Source of the DNA: Parcubacteria group bacterium GW2011_GWA2_40_14
Lineage (GTDB): Bacteria; Patescibacteriota; Minisyncoccia; Phycocordibacterales; DATDWN01
Direction of reading: 5' to 3'
Assembly (NCBI GenBank): GCA_000996025.1
Contig: LBYF01000003.1
Span: 1 to 54,464, forward strand
DNA: 54,464 nt
In this document: positions 1 to 7,586 of the stretch, in pieces
Layout of the letters: each line of letters starts with the position of its first letter
Position numbering within the stretch: the stretch's first letter is position 1
Made by a program: the position numbers and the translations under genes
Notes under the pieces: model-generated
The model's database searches: none
What the model saw: the letters and a program-made list of their open reading frames with translations, nothing else
Told to the model about the DNA's origin: nothing

Positions 1-667
1 TTATAATACCTTGTTTGACTAATTCTAGCATAGCCAGAAAAGATACTATGACACTAACTTTTTCAGCTTTGTCTACTTTTGCAAAATCTTTGAAGCTCAT
101 CTTGAGACTGGCCGTGATGCGTTCTCTTAAATCCTCCATCATTTCTTCCAAACTTATGACCTTCTGTACAACCGCCTTTGGCACAAACTCTATTTTTGGT
201 ATTTCCAAAATGAGAGAACTTATTGTTTCATATAGACAACTAATCGTAGTGTTTTTGTCCGGAGCAAAAACAATAACTTTTTCTTTGGATGGTAGACGCA
301 AGTATTCAGCATGTATACCAAATCTTTCTCGCAGATGAACAGAAAGAGCTTTATACTTTTGATACTCTGTCAGCCGTGCTTCCAAATCTTCTATACTGTG
401 CTCCTCCTCTTCTGTCAGTGTTAGATTTGGCAAAAGCGATTTTGATTTGATCAGTACAAGTGTGGAAGCAATGAGAATAAAATGGGCAGAGTCGGCTATG
501 GGAAAATTATCCGCTACATTTTCTCTTTGTTTTATATAAGCAATATAGTCATCTGCAACTTGCGAGAGTGAAATATCGTTTATAAAAAGCTTCCTCTTTT
601 CAATAAGAGAAAGGAGTGTGTCCAAAGGTCCTTCAAATATGTGTGTTTTGACTTGGTATTCATCCAT
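1..667 (-). CDS. scpA: Segregation and condensation protein A (ScpA), C-terminus cut by window edge
   Basis: Absent from the ORF track because it runs off the left edge. Reverse translation from ATG 667-665 reads MDEYQVKTHIFEGPLDTLLSLIEKRKLFINDISLSQVADDYIAYI..., a typical ScpA N-terminus. The 15..338 + ORF is its antisense shadow. Confidence 0.8.
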   Translation of the reverse strand, partial: MDEYQVKTHIFEGPLDTLLSLIEKRKLFINDISLSQVADDYIAYIKQRENVADNFPIADSAHFILIASTLVLIKSKSLLPNLTLTEEEEHSIEDLEARLTEYQKYKALSVHLRERFGIHAEYLRLPSKEKVIVFAPDKNTTISCLYETISSLILEIPKIEFVPKAVVQKVISLEEMMEDLRERITASLKMSFKDFAKVDKAEKVSVIVSFLAMLELVKQGII

Positions 668-704
668 CTAGTCAGTATAACGTATAATGTATAAAGTATA
701 AAAA

Positions 705-1280
705 TCAGGGATTCAACTTCTGGACAATTTCTTCCCAAGAATACACGCGGGTTATTGGAGGTTTGACTTCACTCTGATTCCACGGAGCATCCAAAAGAAG
801 CACAGGTATGCCTGCTTCCGCTACATCATAGGCATTATGCAAAGCATCTTCTACAAAAATTTCCACACCGAGTTCTTTGCAAACATCAGATTTATTGCGT
901 TTATTGCCATCACCATAAAAAAGATTAGTAAAAACAACCTGTTGAAATGCTTGCGGAAAATGCTTACTGAGCCATTCTAGTGTTTTTTCTTTCATGCTTT
1001 CAGGCCGAGCAGTAATAACAAAAAGTTCATTGTTATTTTTTAATGTGTTAATTCCTTCCATACTTCCGTAAATTGGCAAGGCATTAAGGTGCATTTCGTG
1101 TTCGTAGAAATCAAAAACTCTTTGTTTTGAGTCTTCGGGAGTACAACTCCATCTTTCCCACAAATTCCAAACATTGTCATCCTCCCTTTTATAGTTCGTG
1201 CCATATTGAATATTATGATATCCACGAAGAGTATCCTGAAAATCTAGTAAAATATCATCTAAATCAAAGCCTATAATCAT
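705..1280 (-). CDS. HAD-superfamily 5'(3')-deoxyribonucleotidase-like hydrolase
   Basis: N-terminal FDLDDILLDF (DxD nucleophile motif) and C-terminal FVEDA motif. Starts 1 nt after the aspS stop, so probably co-transcribed. Confidence 0.6.
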   Translation of the reverse strand: MIIGFDLDDILLDFQDTLRGYHNIQYGTNYKREDDNVWNLWERWSCTPEDSKQRVFDFYEHEMHLNALPIYGSMEGINTLKNNNELFVITARPESMKEKTLEWLSKHFPQAFQQVVFTNLFYGDGNKRNKSDVCKELGVEIFVEDALHNAYDVAEAGIPVLLLDAPWNQSEVKPPITRVYSWEEIVQKLNP

Positions 1281-1281
1281 A

Positions 1282-2676
1282 CTAATTTTTTCTTATTGAT
1301 ATACCTAACTCAAGGAGTTGTTTTTCTGACAATTCTTTCGGCGCTTTCATTACTGCTGTTTGCCCGCGGCCCGTCATAGGGAAAGCCTGAACTTCGCGCA
1401 AATACGTCTCCCCCGTTAGATTCATGATATTTCTTTCGATGCCGAGAGCAATGCCTCCGTGTGGCGGCGTACCGTATTTGAAAGCATCAAGCATATGGCC
1501 AACACTTGCTGTTATTTCTTCCTCACTATACCCCATGGCTTTATATGTCGCCTGAAGTATTTCCGGATCGTGTGCGCGGATTGAGCCTCCACCTGATTCA
1601 TATCCATTGCAAACAAGGTCATATTGGGTGGTCAGTATTTCCCCTATATGTTTACCTTCTTTAAGCCACTCAATATGCTCTGGAATAGGCATGGAAAATG
1701 GATTGTGGGTGAATGTCCAAGTTCCTTCGTCAGTTTTTTCAAAAAATGGAAAATTAATTACCCAAGCGTACGCCAAAATGCCTTTTTCTTTTTCCTCCGG
1801 CGTGCGCATATCAAACTTGTCTGCACCATACTTTTCCACGGCATCTTTGTAGCTAATTCTTGGAAACGGCTTCTCTCGTATGGTGTGTCCCATTGATTCC
1901 ACAACTGTAGTAATCATTTCCTCTACCGTATTCATGACATCTTCCATCTCTACAAAAGACATTTCAATATCCACCTGGCTATGCTCAAATCCCCTATCTG
2001 CACGCAAATCCTCGTCGCGAAGAGCTCTGGCAATTTGGAAGTATTTTTCAAAGCCAGCAACCATGAGAAGTTGCTTGTACTGCTGTGGCGACTGTGGCAA
2101 AGCATAAAACTTGCCTGGATGCATGCGGGAAGGAACAACAAAATCCCTCGAGCCTTCTGGAGTTGATTCAGTCAAAAGAGGAGTTTCAATTTCAGTAAAT
2201 TTTTGCGAGAAAAGATATTCGCGAACTTTTTGGACAAATTCACTGCGTGTTCTAAGATTTTTCTGGAGGCGCTCGGAACGCAAATCCAGATAACGATATT
2301 TCAATCTAACCTGCTCATCAATGTTGGCAGTATTGCTAGTTATATCAAATGGCAATGTTTCTGCTTTATTAATAACTTCAATACTCAGTATTTCAAGTTC
2401 AATATCGCCGTTTTGTACTCCATCTTTTATATTCTTCTCAGGGCGTTTATTAACAAGGCCTTTTATGGATAGAACCCACTCCGTACGCACTTCTTTGACT
2501 GCTTCCAAGGGTTCCGTGTGATTGGGCAAGACAACACATTGGACTTTACCCGTCATATCTCGCATGTCCATAAAAACCATTTTGCCTTGGTCACGCCTGA
2601 CATCCACCCAGCCGGAAATAGAAACTTCTTCTCCAACATGTTTCGCTAAATCTTTTATATAAATTCGTTTCATCAT
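1282..2676 (-). CDS. aspS: Aspartyl-tRNA synthetase, compact form without the large bacterial insertion domain
   Basis: OB-fold N-terminus (ISGWVDVRRDQGKMVFMDMRD) and class II motifs (FYALPQSPQQYKQLLM, RDEDLRADR, GGGSIR). Start MMKRIYIKDL at 2676/2673 is preferred over the track start at 2703. Confidence 0.9.
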   Translation of the reverse strand: MMKRIYIKDLAKHVGEEVSISGWVDVRRDQGKMVFMDMRDMTGKVQCVVLPNHTEPLEAVKEVRTEWVLSIKGLVNKRPEKNIKDGVQNGDIELEILSIEVINKAETLPFDITSNTANIDEQVRLKYRYLDLRSERLQKNLRTRSEFVQKVREYLFSQKFTEIETPLLTESTPEGSRDFVVPSRMHPGKFYALPQSPQQYKQLLMVAGFEKYFQIARALRDEDLRADRGFEHSQVDIEMSFVEMEDVMNTVEEMITTVVESMGHTIREKPFPRISYKDAVEKYGADKFDMRTPEEKEKGILAYAWVINFPFFEKTDEGTWTFTHNPFSMPIPEHIEWLKEGKHIGEILTTQYDLVCNGYESGGGSIRAHDPEILQATYKAMGYSEEEITASVGHMLDAFKYGTPPHGGIALGIERNIMNLTGETYLREVQAFPMTGRGQTAVMKAPKELSEKQLLELGISIRKN

Positions 2677-2712
2677 AAGAAATGATACCATGACAATCAA
2701 CAATCACTATCA

Positions 2713-2741
2713 TTGACAAGTAATAAAGATGTTGATAATTT
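2713..2741 (+). promoter_or_regulatory. Sigma70-like promoter candidate for the 2758 ORF
   Basis: TTGACA (2713-2718), 17-nt spacer, TAATTT (2736-2741). AGGAGG SD lies just before ATG 2758. Confidence 0.35.
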
Positions 2742-2757
2742 AATTTAGGAGGTTTCA

Positions 2758-3069
2758 ATGAAAAGATTTTCAGTTTGGGTAGATGCAGAAAATGCAGAAG
2801 AAGCACGCGAACTTCTAACCCTAATGCCAAACTCTGAAATTAGGGCACGTATGACCAAAGTCGGCTTTGTCCACCCGGATGGTCATGCCAGAAAATGCGA
2901 TGTCCCTCCACCGGGGCACAAGCTCATAATTTATGGGGAAGATTGCCTGGCGGTTCCAATCGTAACTGGGGAACCATATTCCCAGATACATTACGAGCGC
3001 TCTAACCCCACTCCAGACGGAACACTCTTTTGGAAAAACGGCGAGTGGAGACCACCTGTAGAACCGTAG
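2758..3069 (+). CDS. Hypothetical protein (103 aa)
   Basis: AGGAGG SD 5 nt upstream, own hairpin terminator, locally higher GC than its neighbours. No recognisable motif. Confidence 0.55.
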   Translation: MKRFSVWVDAENAEEARELLTLMPNSEIRARMTKVGFVHPDGHARKCDVPPPGHKLIIYGEDCLAVPIVTGEPYSQIHYERSNPTPDGTLFWKNGEWRPPVEP

Positions 3070-3075
3070 CACCAT

Positions 3076-3114
3076 CGGTAGAATCACACCCACGATTCTA
3101 CCGATTATTTTTTA
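3076..3114. terminator. Bidirectional rho-independent terminator
   Basis: Perfect 10-bp stem CGGTAGAATC (3076-3085) / GATTCTACCG (3094-3103) followed by ATTATTTTTT. Sits between convergent ORFs. Confidence 0.75.
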
Positions 3115-3405
3115 TACTTGCATAAGTCGCATGGCAAAAGGCAGAAAATAGGATTGCATATCTTCGGTACTAACTTCGTATTTGTTTGAGTCTTGACCAA
3201 TATCATCTATGACATCGGCGAGAATATTTATTTCTGCATTATTTTTTGTGTCAGGTAGATTTTTTAACTCTAAAAGGATTGCTTTGGCCCTCTCCATTGC
3301 AGATGAAAATAAATTTGTATTTCCTTTTGCTTTGGCAGAAAAAATCTGTGACACTTCAGAGCCAAGATTTGCCATGAGAAAGAGTGATGTACGAGTTGTA
3401 TTCAT
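3112..3405 (-). CDS. Hypothetical helical protein (97 aa)
   Basis: ORF whose ATG overlaps the TGA of the upstream 45-codon ORF (ATGA). No motif recognised. Confidence 0.45.
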   Translation of the reverse strand: MNTTRTSLFLMANLGSEVSQIFSAKAKGNTNLFSSAMERAKAILLELKNLPDTKNNAEINILADVIDDIGQDSNKYEVSTEDMQSYFLPFAMRLMQV

Positions 3406-3539
3406 TTTATTTTTGAATCAATAATTTCCTTTTCTTTTTCAATATCCACGACCCCTTTGACTACACCGATATAAAACTCTTTGCCAATCTCCTTGAGCTC
3501 GCTCACTGTTATTGTTTCAGAAACTATGATGATATTCAT
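3402..3539 (-). CDS. Small ORF (45 aa), possibly an N-terminal DUF5674-like fragment
   Basis: MNIIIVSETITVSELKEIGKEFYIGVVKGVVDIEKEKEIIDSKIK. The first ~36 aa resemble, from memory, the N-terminus of DUF5674-type proteins (..ELKEIAKE....KAVVDIEKE..). Below the 60-aa track cutoff. Confidence 0.35.
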   Translation of the reverse strand: MNIIIVSETITVSELKEIGKEFYIGVVKGVVDIEKEKEIIDSKIK

Positions 3540-3581
3540 CTATAAATGATAACATATTTATTATTGTAGACCAATTTTTAA

Positions 3582-3895
3582 TCATTTTTTAAACCTCTTT
3601 GCTCGCAGATTATAGAGTTCAGCATACAACCTTTTTTGTTTCATTAGCTCCACATGATTCCCCTCTTCGATTAACCTACCTTTATCCAACACAAAAATTT
3701 TGTCGCATTCTGAAATGGTGGAGAAGTCATGGGAGATGAGGAGGGCAGTAGTTTGTTTAGACAAATTTTCAATAGAATCATATTTTCCAAGGCGTTCTCA
3801 CCACGACTTATGATGCTTTGCTTAATGCCGGAGTTTTCACTGGTATGTTGTCCGATCGAAAAGCCGAACAGTTTATTCAGAGTAAACTCCCGCAT
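3582..3895 (-). pseudogene. Remnant of an ABC-transporter ATP-binding domain
   Basis: The 60-aa ORF reads ..TTALLISHDFSTISECDKIFVLDKGRLIEEGNHVELM.., i.e. H-loop and C-terminus of an ABC ATPase. A decayed LSGGQ-like stretch (ENSGIKQSIISRGENAL) lies upstream in another frame. No Walker A or transmembrane part. Confidence 0.6.
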
Positions 3896-3937
3896 TCTTT
3901 CAGGGATAGCTCCGTCTAAAAATATACTTGTGTCAAG

Positions 3938-4807
3938 TTAGTACAATTTTACTCCAATTGCTTCCCTAACTGCTTCCATTTTCTTTTCAGCTTTTTGTTT
4001 TGCGCGTTTGCCTCCTTCTTTTAAAATATCTAGAACATATTCCGTGTCTTGTTCTAGTTGGGCGCGCTTTTCACGCAGTGGCCCGATAAATGCTTTGAGA
4101 TCGCTAATCAGAGCTTCTTTCAGTATTTTATACTTCCCTTTATTCTCATCATATAGTGAAGCAAGCTCGCTTTCTGATTTAAACAATCTGTGAATAGCAT
4201 ACACATTTTCTGGTCTTTCACCAGATGAATCAGTCACAATGGACATCACCGCTTTTTCAATCTCTTCGTCGCTAGCAAAAAGCGGAATGGTATTTCCATA
4301 ACTCTTGCTCATTTTTCGTCCGTCAGTACCGGGCACCACTGCTACTTCTGGCATTATTTTTACATCAGGTAATTTGAAAATATCGGCATTAAAAACTCTG
4401 TTGAATTTTTCCGCCGTGTCGCGAGCGTATTCAACATGCTGTTTCTGGTCCTGGCCGACAGGCACAATATCCACATCGTATAGCAAAATATCTGCGGCCA
4501 TGAGCATGGGGTAATTAAATAAACCGACAGTAATTTCCCTACCATTTGTTATTGCGTCTTTGTAGGCATGAGACCTTTCCAGATACGGCATTGGCGTGAT
4601 AGTGTCAAAAATCCAGGCCAGTTCGGTATGTTCTGATACATCAGACTGCTTAAATATAGTGCATTTCTGCGGGTCAAGACCGATAGCCAAGAAATCAAGA
4701 GCTAGGTCCAAAATGTTTCTCTGCATCTTTTCCTTGTTCTGAACAGAATTCATGGCATGATAGTCCGCAAGAAAAAATATGCAATTGTAGTCCTCTTGCA
4801 TATCCAC
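3938..4807 (-). pseudogene. trpS: N-terminally truncated tryptophanyl-tRNA synthetase copy
   Basis: 289 codons, otherwise intact (ADYHAM, GQDQKQHVEYARD, KMSKS). About 35 N-terminal residues including the HIGH-type loop are missing. In-frame TAA lies 11 codons upstream of the first possible start (GTG at 4807). An intact trpS is at 8751..9746. Confidence 0.75.
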
Positions 4808-5006
4808 AAACTGTAAGCTTTTTATATTTTTGCTTTACTCTTTTTTTGTTAATACCAAGATAGTCCTCCATTTCGTTACCGTTCATAATACCAGCAATGG
4901 GAATGCCGTATTTTTCCAAGATAAAATACTCGCCGTTGAGATGGGCTCGCTTGACGATTAAACCAAGATTGATGCGGGCTTTGGTGATAGCAATGTGATT
5001 GACCAT
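4695..5006 (-). CDS. Orphan Phd/YefM-family antitoxin whose reading frame runs on into the trpS remnant
   Basis: First ~50 aa MVNHIAITKARINLGLIVKRAHLNGEYFILEKYGIPIAGIMNGNEMEDYL match the Phd/YefM antitoxin fold signature. The remainder is out-of-frame trpS DNA. No toxin gene follows. Confidence 0.6.
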   Translation of the reverse strand: MVNHIAITKARINLGLIVKRAHLNGEYFILEKYGIPIAGIMNGNEMEDYLGINKKRVKQKYKKLTVCGYARGLQLHIFSCGLSCHEFCSEQGKDAEKHFGPSS

Positions 5007-5010
5007 GGTG

Positions 5011-5040
5011 TTGATTGATATTGATTAAGGTTGATTAAAG
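5011..5040. repeat. Three exactly 10-bp-phased TTGATT repeats (candidate operator)
   Basis: TTGATTGATA TTGATTAAGG TTGATTAAAG, starting 5 nt upstream of the antitoxin ATG (5006, minus strand). Confidence 0.6.
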
Positions 5041-5127
5041 TGTATCAGTCCATCATCAAAAGTCAATGGAAAAAATAAAATCCTACCACCTATTATTAAG
5101 TAACAGAATTGCAAACCTCTATTTTGA

Positions 5128-5397
5128 CTTTTAGCAAAAAAACATGACGAACTTGCCGCTCGCTCCCAAGGAGTTACTCACTTTATCGGACGGCTACTCT
5201 CGGACTTTAAATTTTCCAAAACTCCTATTGATACAAAGGGTGCCGAGGAACTTTACAAAGTAATGGAACAAACCTGTAATGATAGCTGGGAACTTTTTAC
5301 TAGTCTTCAAAATTATAACCAGTACACCAAAAAAATGCGCATCCAGTTAGGCAGAGCATATGACCGTTTATGTAATAAACTTCTAATAACTAGTTAG
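5128..5397 (+). pseudogene. Fragment copy of the prephenate dehydrogenase gene
   Basis: Translates LAKKHDELAARSQGVTHFIGRLLSDFKFSKTPIDTKGAEELYKVMEQTCNDSWELFTSLQNYNQYTKKMRIQLGRAYDRLCNKLLITS*. This is near-identical to residues ~170-255 of the 45724..47055 protein, with roughly 88% nt identity by eye. Confidence 0.85.
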
Positions 5398-5427
5398 TTG
5401 ACAAATATAGTGAGATTATGATAGCTT
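5398..5427 (+). promoter_or_regulatory. Promoter candidate for the T-box leader
   Basis: TTGACA (5398-5403), 18-nt spacer, TAGCTT (5422-5427). Confidence 0.4.
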
Positions 5428-5433
5428 AAATCT

Positions 5434-5696
5434 AGATTTAATTGATAATAACAAAGCCTTTGATTGTGGTCCCTTGCATCTATAATGCTCGGGATTGGGC
5501 CTCGGTCGTCTAGATCTAGACAAGGTGGTCTCTGCATAAGTGGAGACTCGGATTCCTCCGTAACCATAGGAAAACTGATGTCAAAGAGTCAGTGAGAGAG
5601 CAAGCGCTCTAAAAGTAAGGTGGTACCACGAGAAACTTCTCGTCCTTTTTACACAAGTAATTTTGTGTATGAAGAACGGGAAGTTTTTCTGTTTCC
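5434..5696 (+). promoter_or_regulatory. T-box riboswitch leader (transcription attenuation type)
   Basis: T-box core AAGGTGGTACCACG at 5617-5630. Antiterminator: A1 AAGG (5617-20)/CCTT (5644-47), 7-nt bulge TGGTACC (5621-27), A2 ACGAGA/TCTCGT. Mutually exclusive terminator CTTCTCGTCCTT (5636-47)/AAGAACGGGAAG (5672-83) followed by TTTTT. Stem I candidate 5457-5469/5558-5570. Stem III AGAGC/GCTCT at 5597-5610. Confidence 0.75.
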
Positions 5697-5734
5697 CATA
5701 GTTCTTTACATTAACATAGAAAAAGGAGTGAGTG

Positions 5735-6493
5735 ATGAAATCTTTTACCGATAGGTTTAAGTTTAGACCGGACAAAAATCTTTTCGTTGGGATAGAACGA
5801 GAATGTTTTCTCACTAGAGAGGGCAAAATTGTACCTATATCACCAGAGGTCGTAGCTAAAATTGACGACAAGATACATTTTGGTTACGAACTGTCGGCGT
5901 GTCAGCTTGAGATGAGAACCGACCCAACTCCTCTAGAGGGAGTGAGCCAGGCTTTGACAGACTCGGACAAATTACTCCGAGAATACGAACAAAGCTTTAA
6001 CTTCAATACTCTCCACCAAGAGGTTGCCCCATATGACATGCCCCTTGATGTCTATCCGGACCCGACTGGCCGTTACCAAGAAATAACAAAGAACATGCCT
6101 GTCAAAGTATTGCGAGCCGCCTGTCGAGTAGCAGGCACACACATCCACATTGGCATGGCATCTCCGAAAAACGCCATCAAGGCCTATAACACAGCGATAG
6201 AGCATTTGCCAAGACTTTGTAAAATGGGTGACAAGTCAAAAGGAGAACGTTTGCAAATATACAAAATCGTAGCACCAAATTTCAAGTCTCCTCACTACGA
6301 TGACTGGGATTGTTACGAACGATATGCCAAAAATCACGGATTTGATGAGACTCCCCGTAATTGCTGGCATCTTATTCGCATCTCAATTCACGGTACAATT
6401 GAATTTCGGCTCTTTGGTGCAACTGCAGACATTAGAGAAATTGTGGAATGGGCCAATGTCTGCCACTCTATCTGTAAAAACGCTCTCACGTAG
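5735..6493 (+). CDS. Glutamate-cysteine ligase family 2 (YbdK-like) carboxylate-amine ligase, short form
   Basis: GIERECFL, ELSACQLEMRT, GTHIHIG and GTIEFRLF match the GCS2 signature blocks. GGAG SD 6 nt before ATG 5735 (the track starts at GTG 5732). Confidence 0.65.
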   Translation: MKSFTDRFKFRPDKNLFVGIERECFLTREGKIVPISPEVVAKIDDKIHFGYELSACQLEMRTDPTPLEGVSQALTDSDKLLREYEQSFNFNTLHQEVAPYDMPLDVYPDPTGRYQEITKNMPVKVLRAACRVAGTHIHIGMASPKNAIKAYNTAIEHLPRLCKMGDKSKGERLQIYKIVAPNFKSPHYDDWDCYERYAKNHGFDETPRNCWHLIRISIHGTIEFRLFGATADIREIVEWANVCHSICKNALT

Positions 6494-6498
6494 AGTGT

Positions 6499-6530
6499 AA
6501 GCGAGACCTGACAAGTCTCGCTTATTTTTT
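6499..6530 (+). terminator. Rho-independent terminator
   Basis: AAGCGAGAC (6499-6507)/GTCTCGCTT (6515-6523) followed by ATTTTTT. Confidence 0.8.
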
Positions 6531-6562
6531 AAAAAAATGTATTGTAATATAACATATACCCT

Positions 6563-7345
6563 ATGAAAAATGGACAAAAAGTTATTCTAAATATTGGTAC
6601 ACACGGAGACGAGCGAATCGGTCTCAAGGTTGCCCGTATTATTGAAAAAATAAGAATCAAAAGTGGGAAACTTACTGTAAACATAGCCAATCCACGCGCT
6701 TTTAAATTAAATAAACGCTTTATAGACGAGGACCTAAATCGTGCATTTCCTGGCAAAAAAAATGGAAATTATGAGGAGCAACGCGCATATAAACTTCTAC
6801 CTCTAATCAAATCGGCTGATATTGTCATTGATATACATTCAACCACAAGTGAATTAAGAGATGCTCTAATCGTTACGAAATTAAATAATAAAATTAAAGA
6901 GTACGTTTATATTATCAGTCCAAAATACCTTCTCGTTATGAATGCTACAAAAAAAACTGTACTAATATCTCATGCAAAAATCGGTCTGGCTTTTGAATAT
7001 GGAAAAGATAATGACCCAAAAGTAGCCGAAAAAATAATTGATGGAATAAAATCATTACTTGTCCATATTGGAATGATAGAGAAACTAAAGAAAAATGAAA
7101 CTAAAATAAAACCCTCATTCTTTGACGTTTATAAATCTGTACCAAAACCAAAAGGAGCAATACTGGACAAAAAGATAAAAAATTACACTCTCGTAAAAAA
7201 GAACCAAATATACGCATTTATTAAAAATAAAAAAATAAAAGCGGCAGAAGACTTCTACCCCATCCTTTTTGGTAATAAAAACTATAAAAATATATTCGGC
7301 TTTGCGGGTAAAAAACTATTTGTTTCTAATACCAGTATAATGTAA
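6563..7345 (+). CDS. Succinylglutamate desuccinylase/aspartoacylase-family zinc deacylase
   Basis: GTHGDERIG, NPRAFKLNKRFIDEDLNRAFPG and DIHS match the AstE/AspA (M14-like) zinc-binding blocks. Confidence 0.7.
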   Translation: MKNGQKVILNIGTHGDERIGLKVARIIEKIRIKSGKLTVNIANPRAFKLNKRFIDEDLNRAFPGKKNGNYEEQRAYKLLPLIKSADIVIDIHSTTSELRDALIVTKLNNKIKEYVYIISPKYLLVMNATKKTVLISHAKIGLAFEYGKDNDPKVAEKIIDGIKSLLVHIGMIEKLKKNETKIKPSFFDVYKSVPKPKGAILDKKIKNYTLVKKNQIYAFIKNKKIKAAEDFYPILFGNKNYKNIFGFAGKKLFVSNTSIM

Positions 7346-7384
7346 CATAGTCTCTGGGTTGTTCTGTCCACCAAAATTTAAAAA

Positions 7385-7414
7385 TTGACATTTCTTCATA
7401 GATATAGATATGAT
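7385..7414 (+). promoter_or_regulatory. Promoter candidate for tRNA-Trp
   Basis: TTGACA (7385-7390), 18-nt spacer, TATGAT (7409-7414), about 20 nt before the tRNA 5' end. Confidence 0.5.
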
Positions 7415-7433
7415 TGTCTCAGTCAGCACATTA

Positions 7434-7505
7434 GGGGACGTCGGTTAGTGGCTAAACCAGCGGTCTCCAAAACCGCCACCGGGGGTTCGAGTCCCCCCGT
7501 CCCTG
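7434..7505 (+). tRNA. tRNA-Trp (anticodon CCA)
   Basis: 72-nt cloverleaf. Acceptor GGGGACG/CGTCCCT (G1-U72). D arm GGTT-AGTGGCTA-AACC. Anticodon arm GCGGT-CTCCAAA-ACCGC. T arm GGGGG-TTCGAGT-CCCCC. Discriminator G. No encoded CCA. Confidence 0.9.
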
Positions 7506-7510
7506 TAAAA

Positions 7511-7536
7511 CCTTGCTCCCTAGAGCAAGGTTTTTT
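7511..7536 (+). terminator. Rho-independent terminator after tRNA-Trp
   Basis: CCTTGCTC/GAGCAAGG stem followed by TTTTTT. Confidence 0.85.
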
Positions 7537-7586
7537 CCTTACCTAAAAGAAAAGAGGTCACCTTTTTATGAGCAACCTCTTGTTAT

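Noticed and set aside
15-338. 107-aa plus-strand ORF at the left edge
   Set aside because: It lies antisense to a clear ScpA coding sequence (1..667, minus). It has no SD and a low-complexity composition.
1607-2521. Cluster of 60-90-aa ORFs on both strands inside aspS. The same pattern of short ORFs occurs inside uvrA, uvrB, FIST, xseA, tyrS, the PDH-PDT gene, the S41 peptidase, cysS and dnaB.
   Set aside because: All overlap long ORFs with strong family motifs. They are typical antisense or off-frame shadows in AT-rich DNA.
5011-5040. Short tandem repeats considered as a CRISPR-like array
   Set aside because: The repeat unit is only 10 bp with 4-bp variable parts and there are just three copies. 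An operator-type direct repeat fits better. No CRISPR array or cas gene occurs anywhere in the window.
5628-5650. Hairpin ACGAGAA/TTCTCGT followed by CCTTTTT, first read as the terminator of the leader
   Set aside because: Together with the flanking AAGG/CCTT pairs and the 7-nt TGGTACC bulge it is the T-box antiterminator. The real terminator uses 5636-5647 with 5672-5683.
5581-5871. 96-aa minus-strand ORF
   Set aside because: It overlaps the T-box leader and the 5' end of the GCS2-like gene on the opposite strand, and has no SD.
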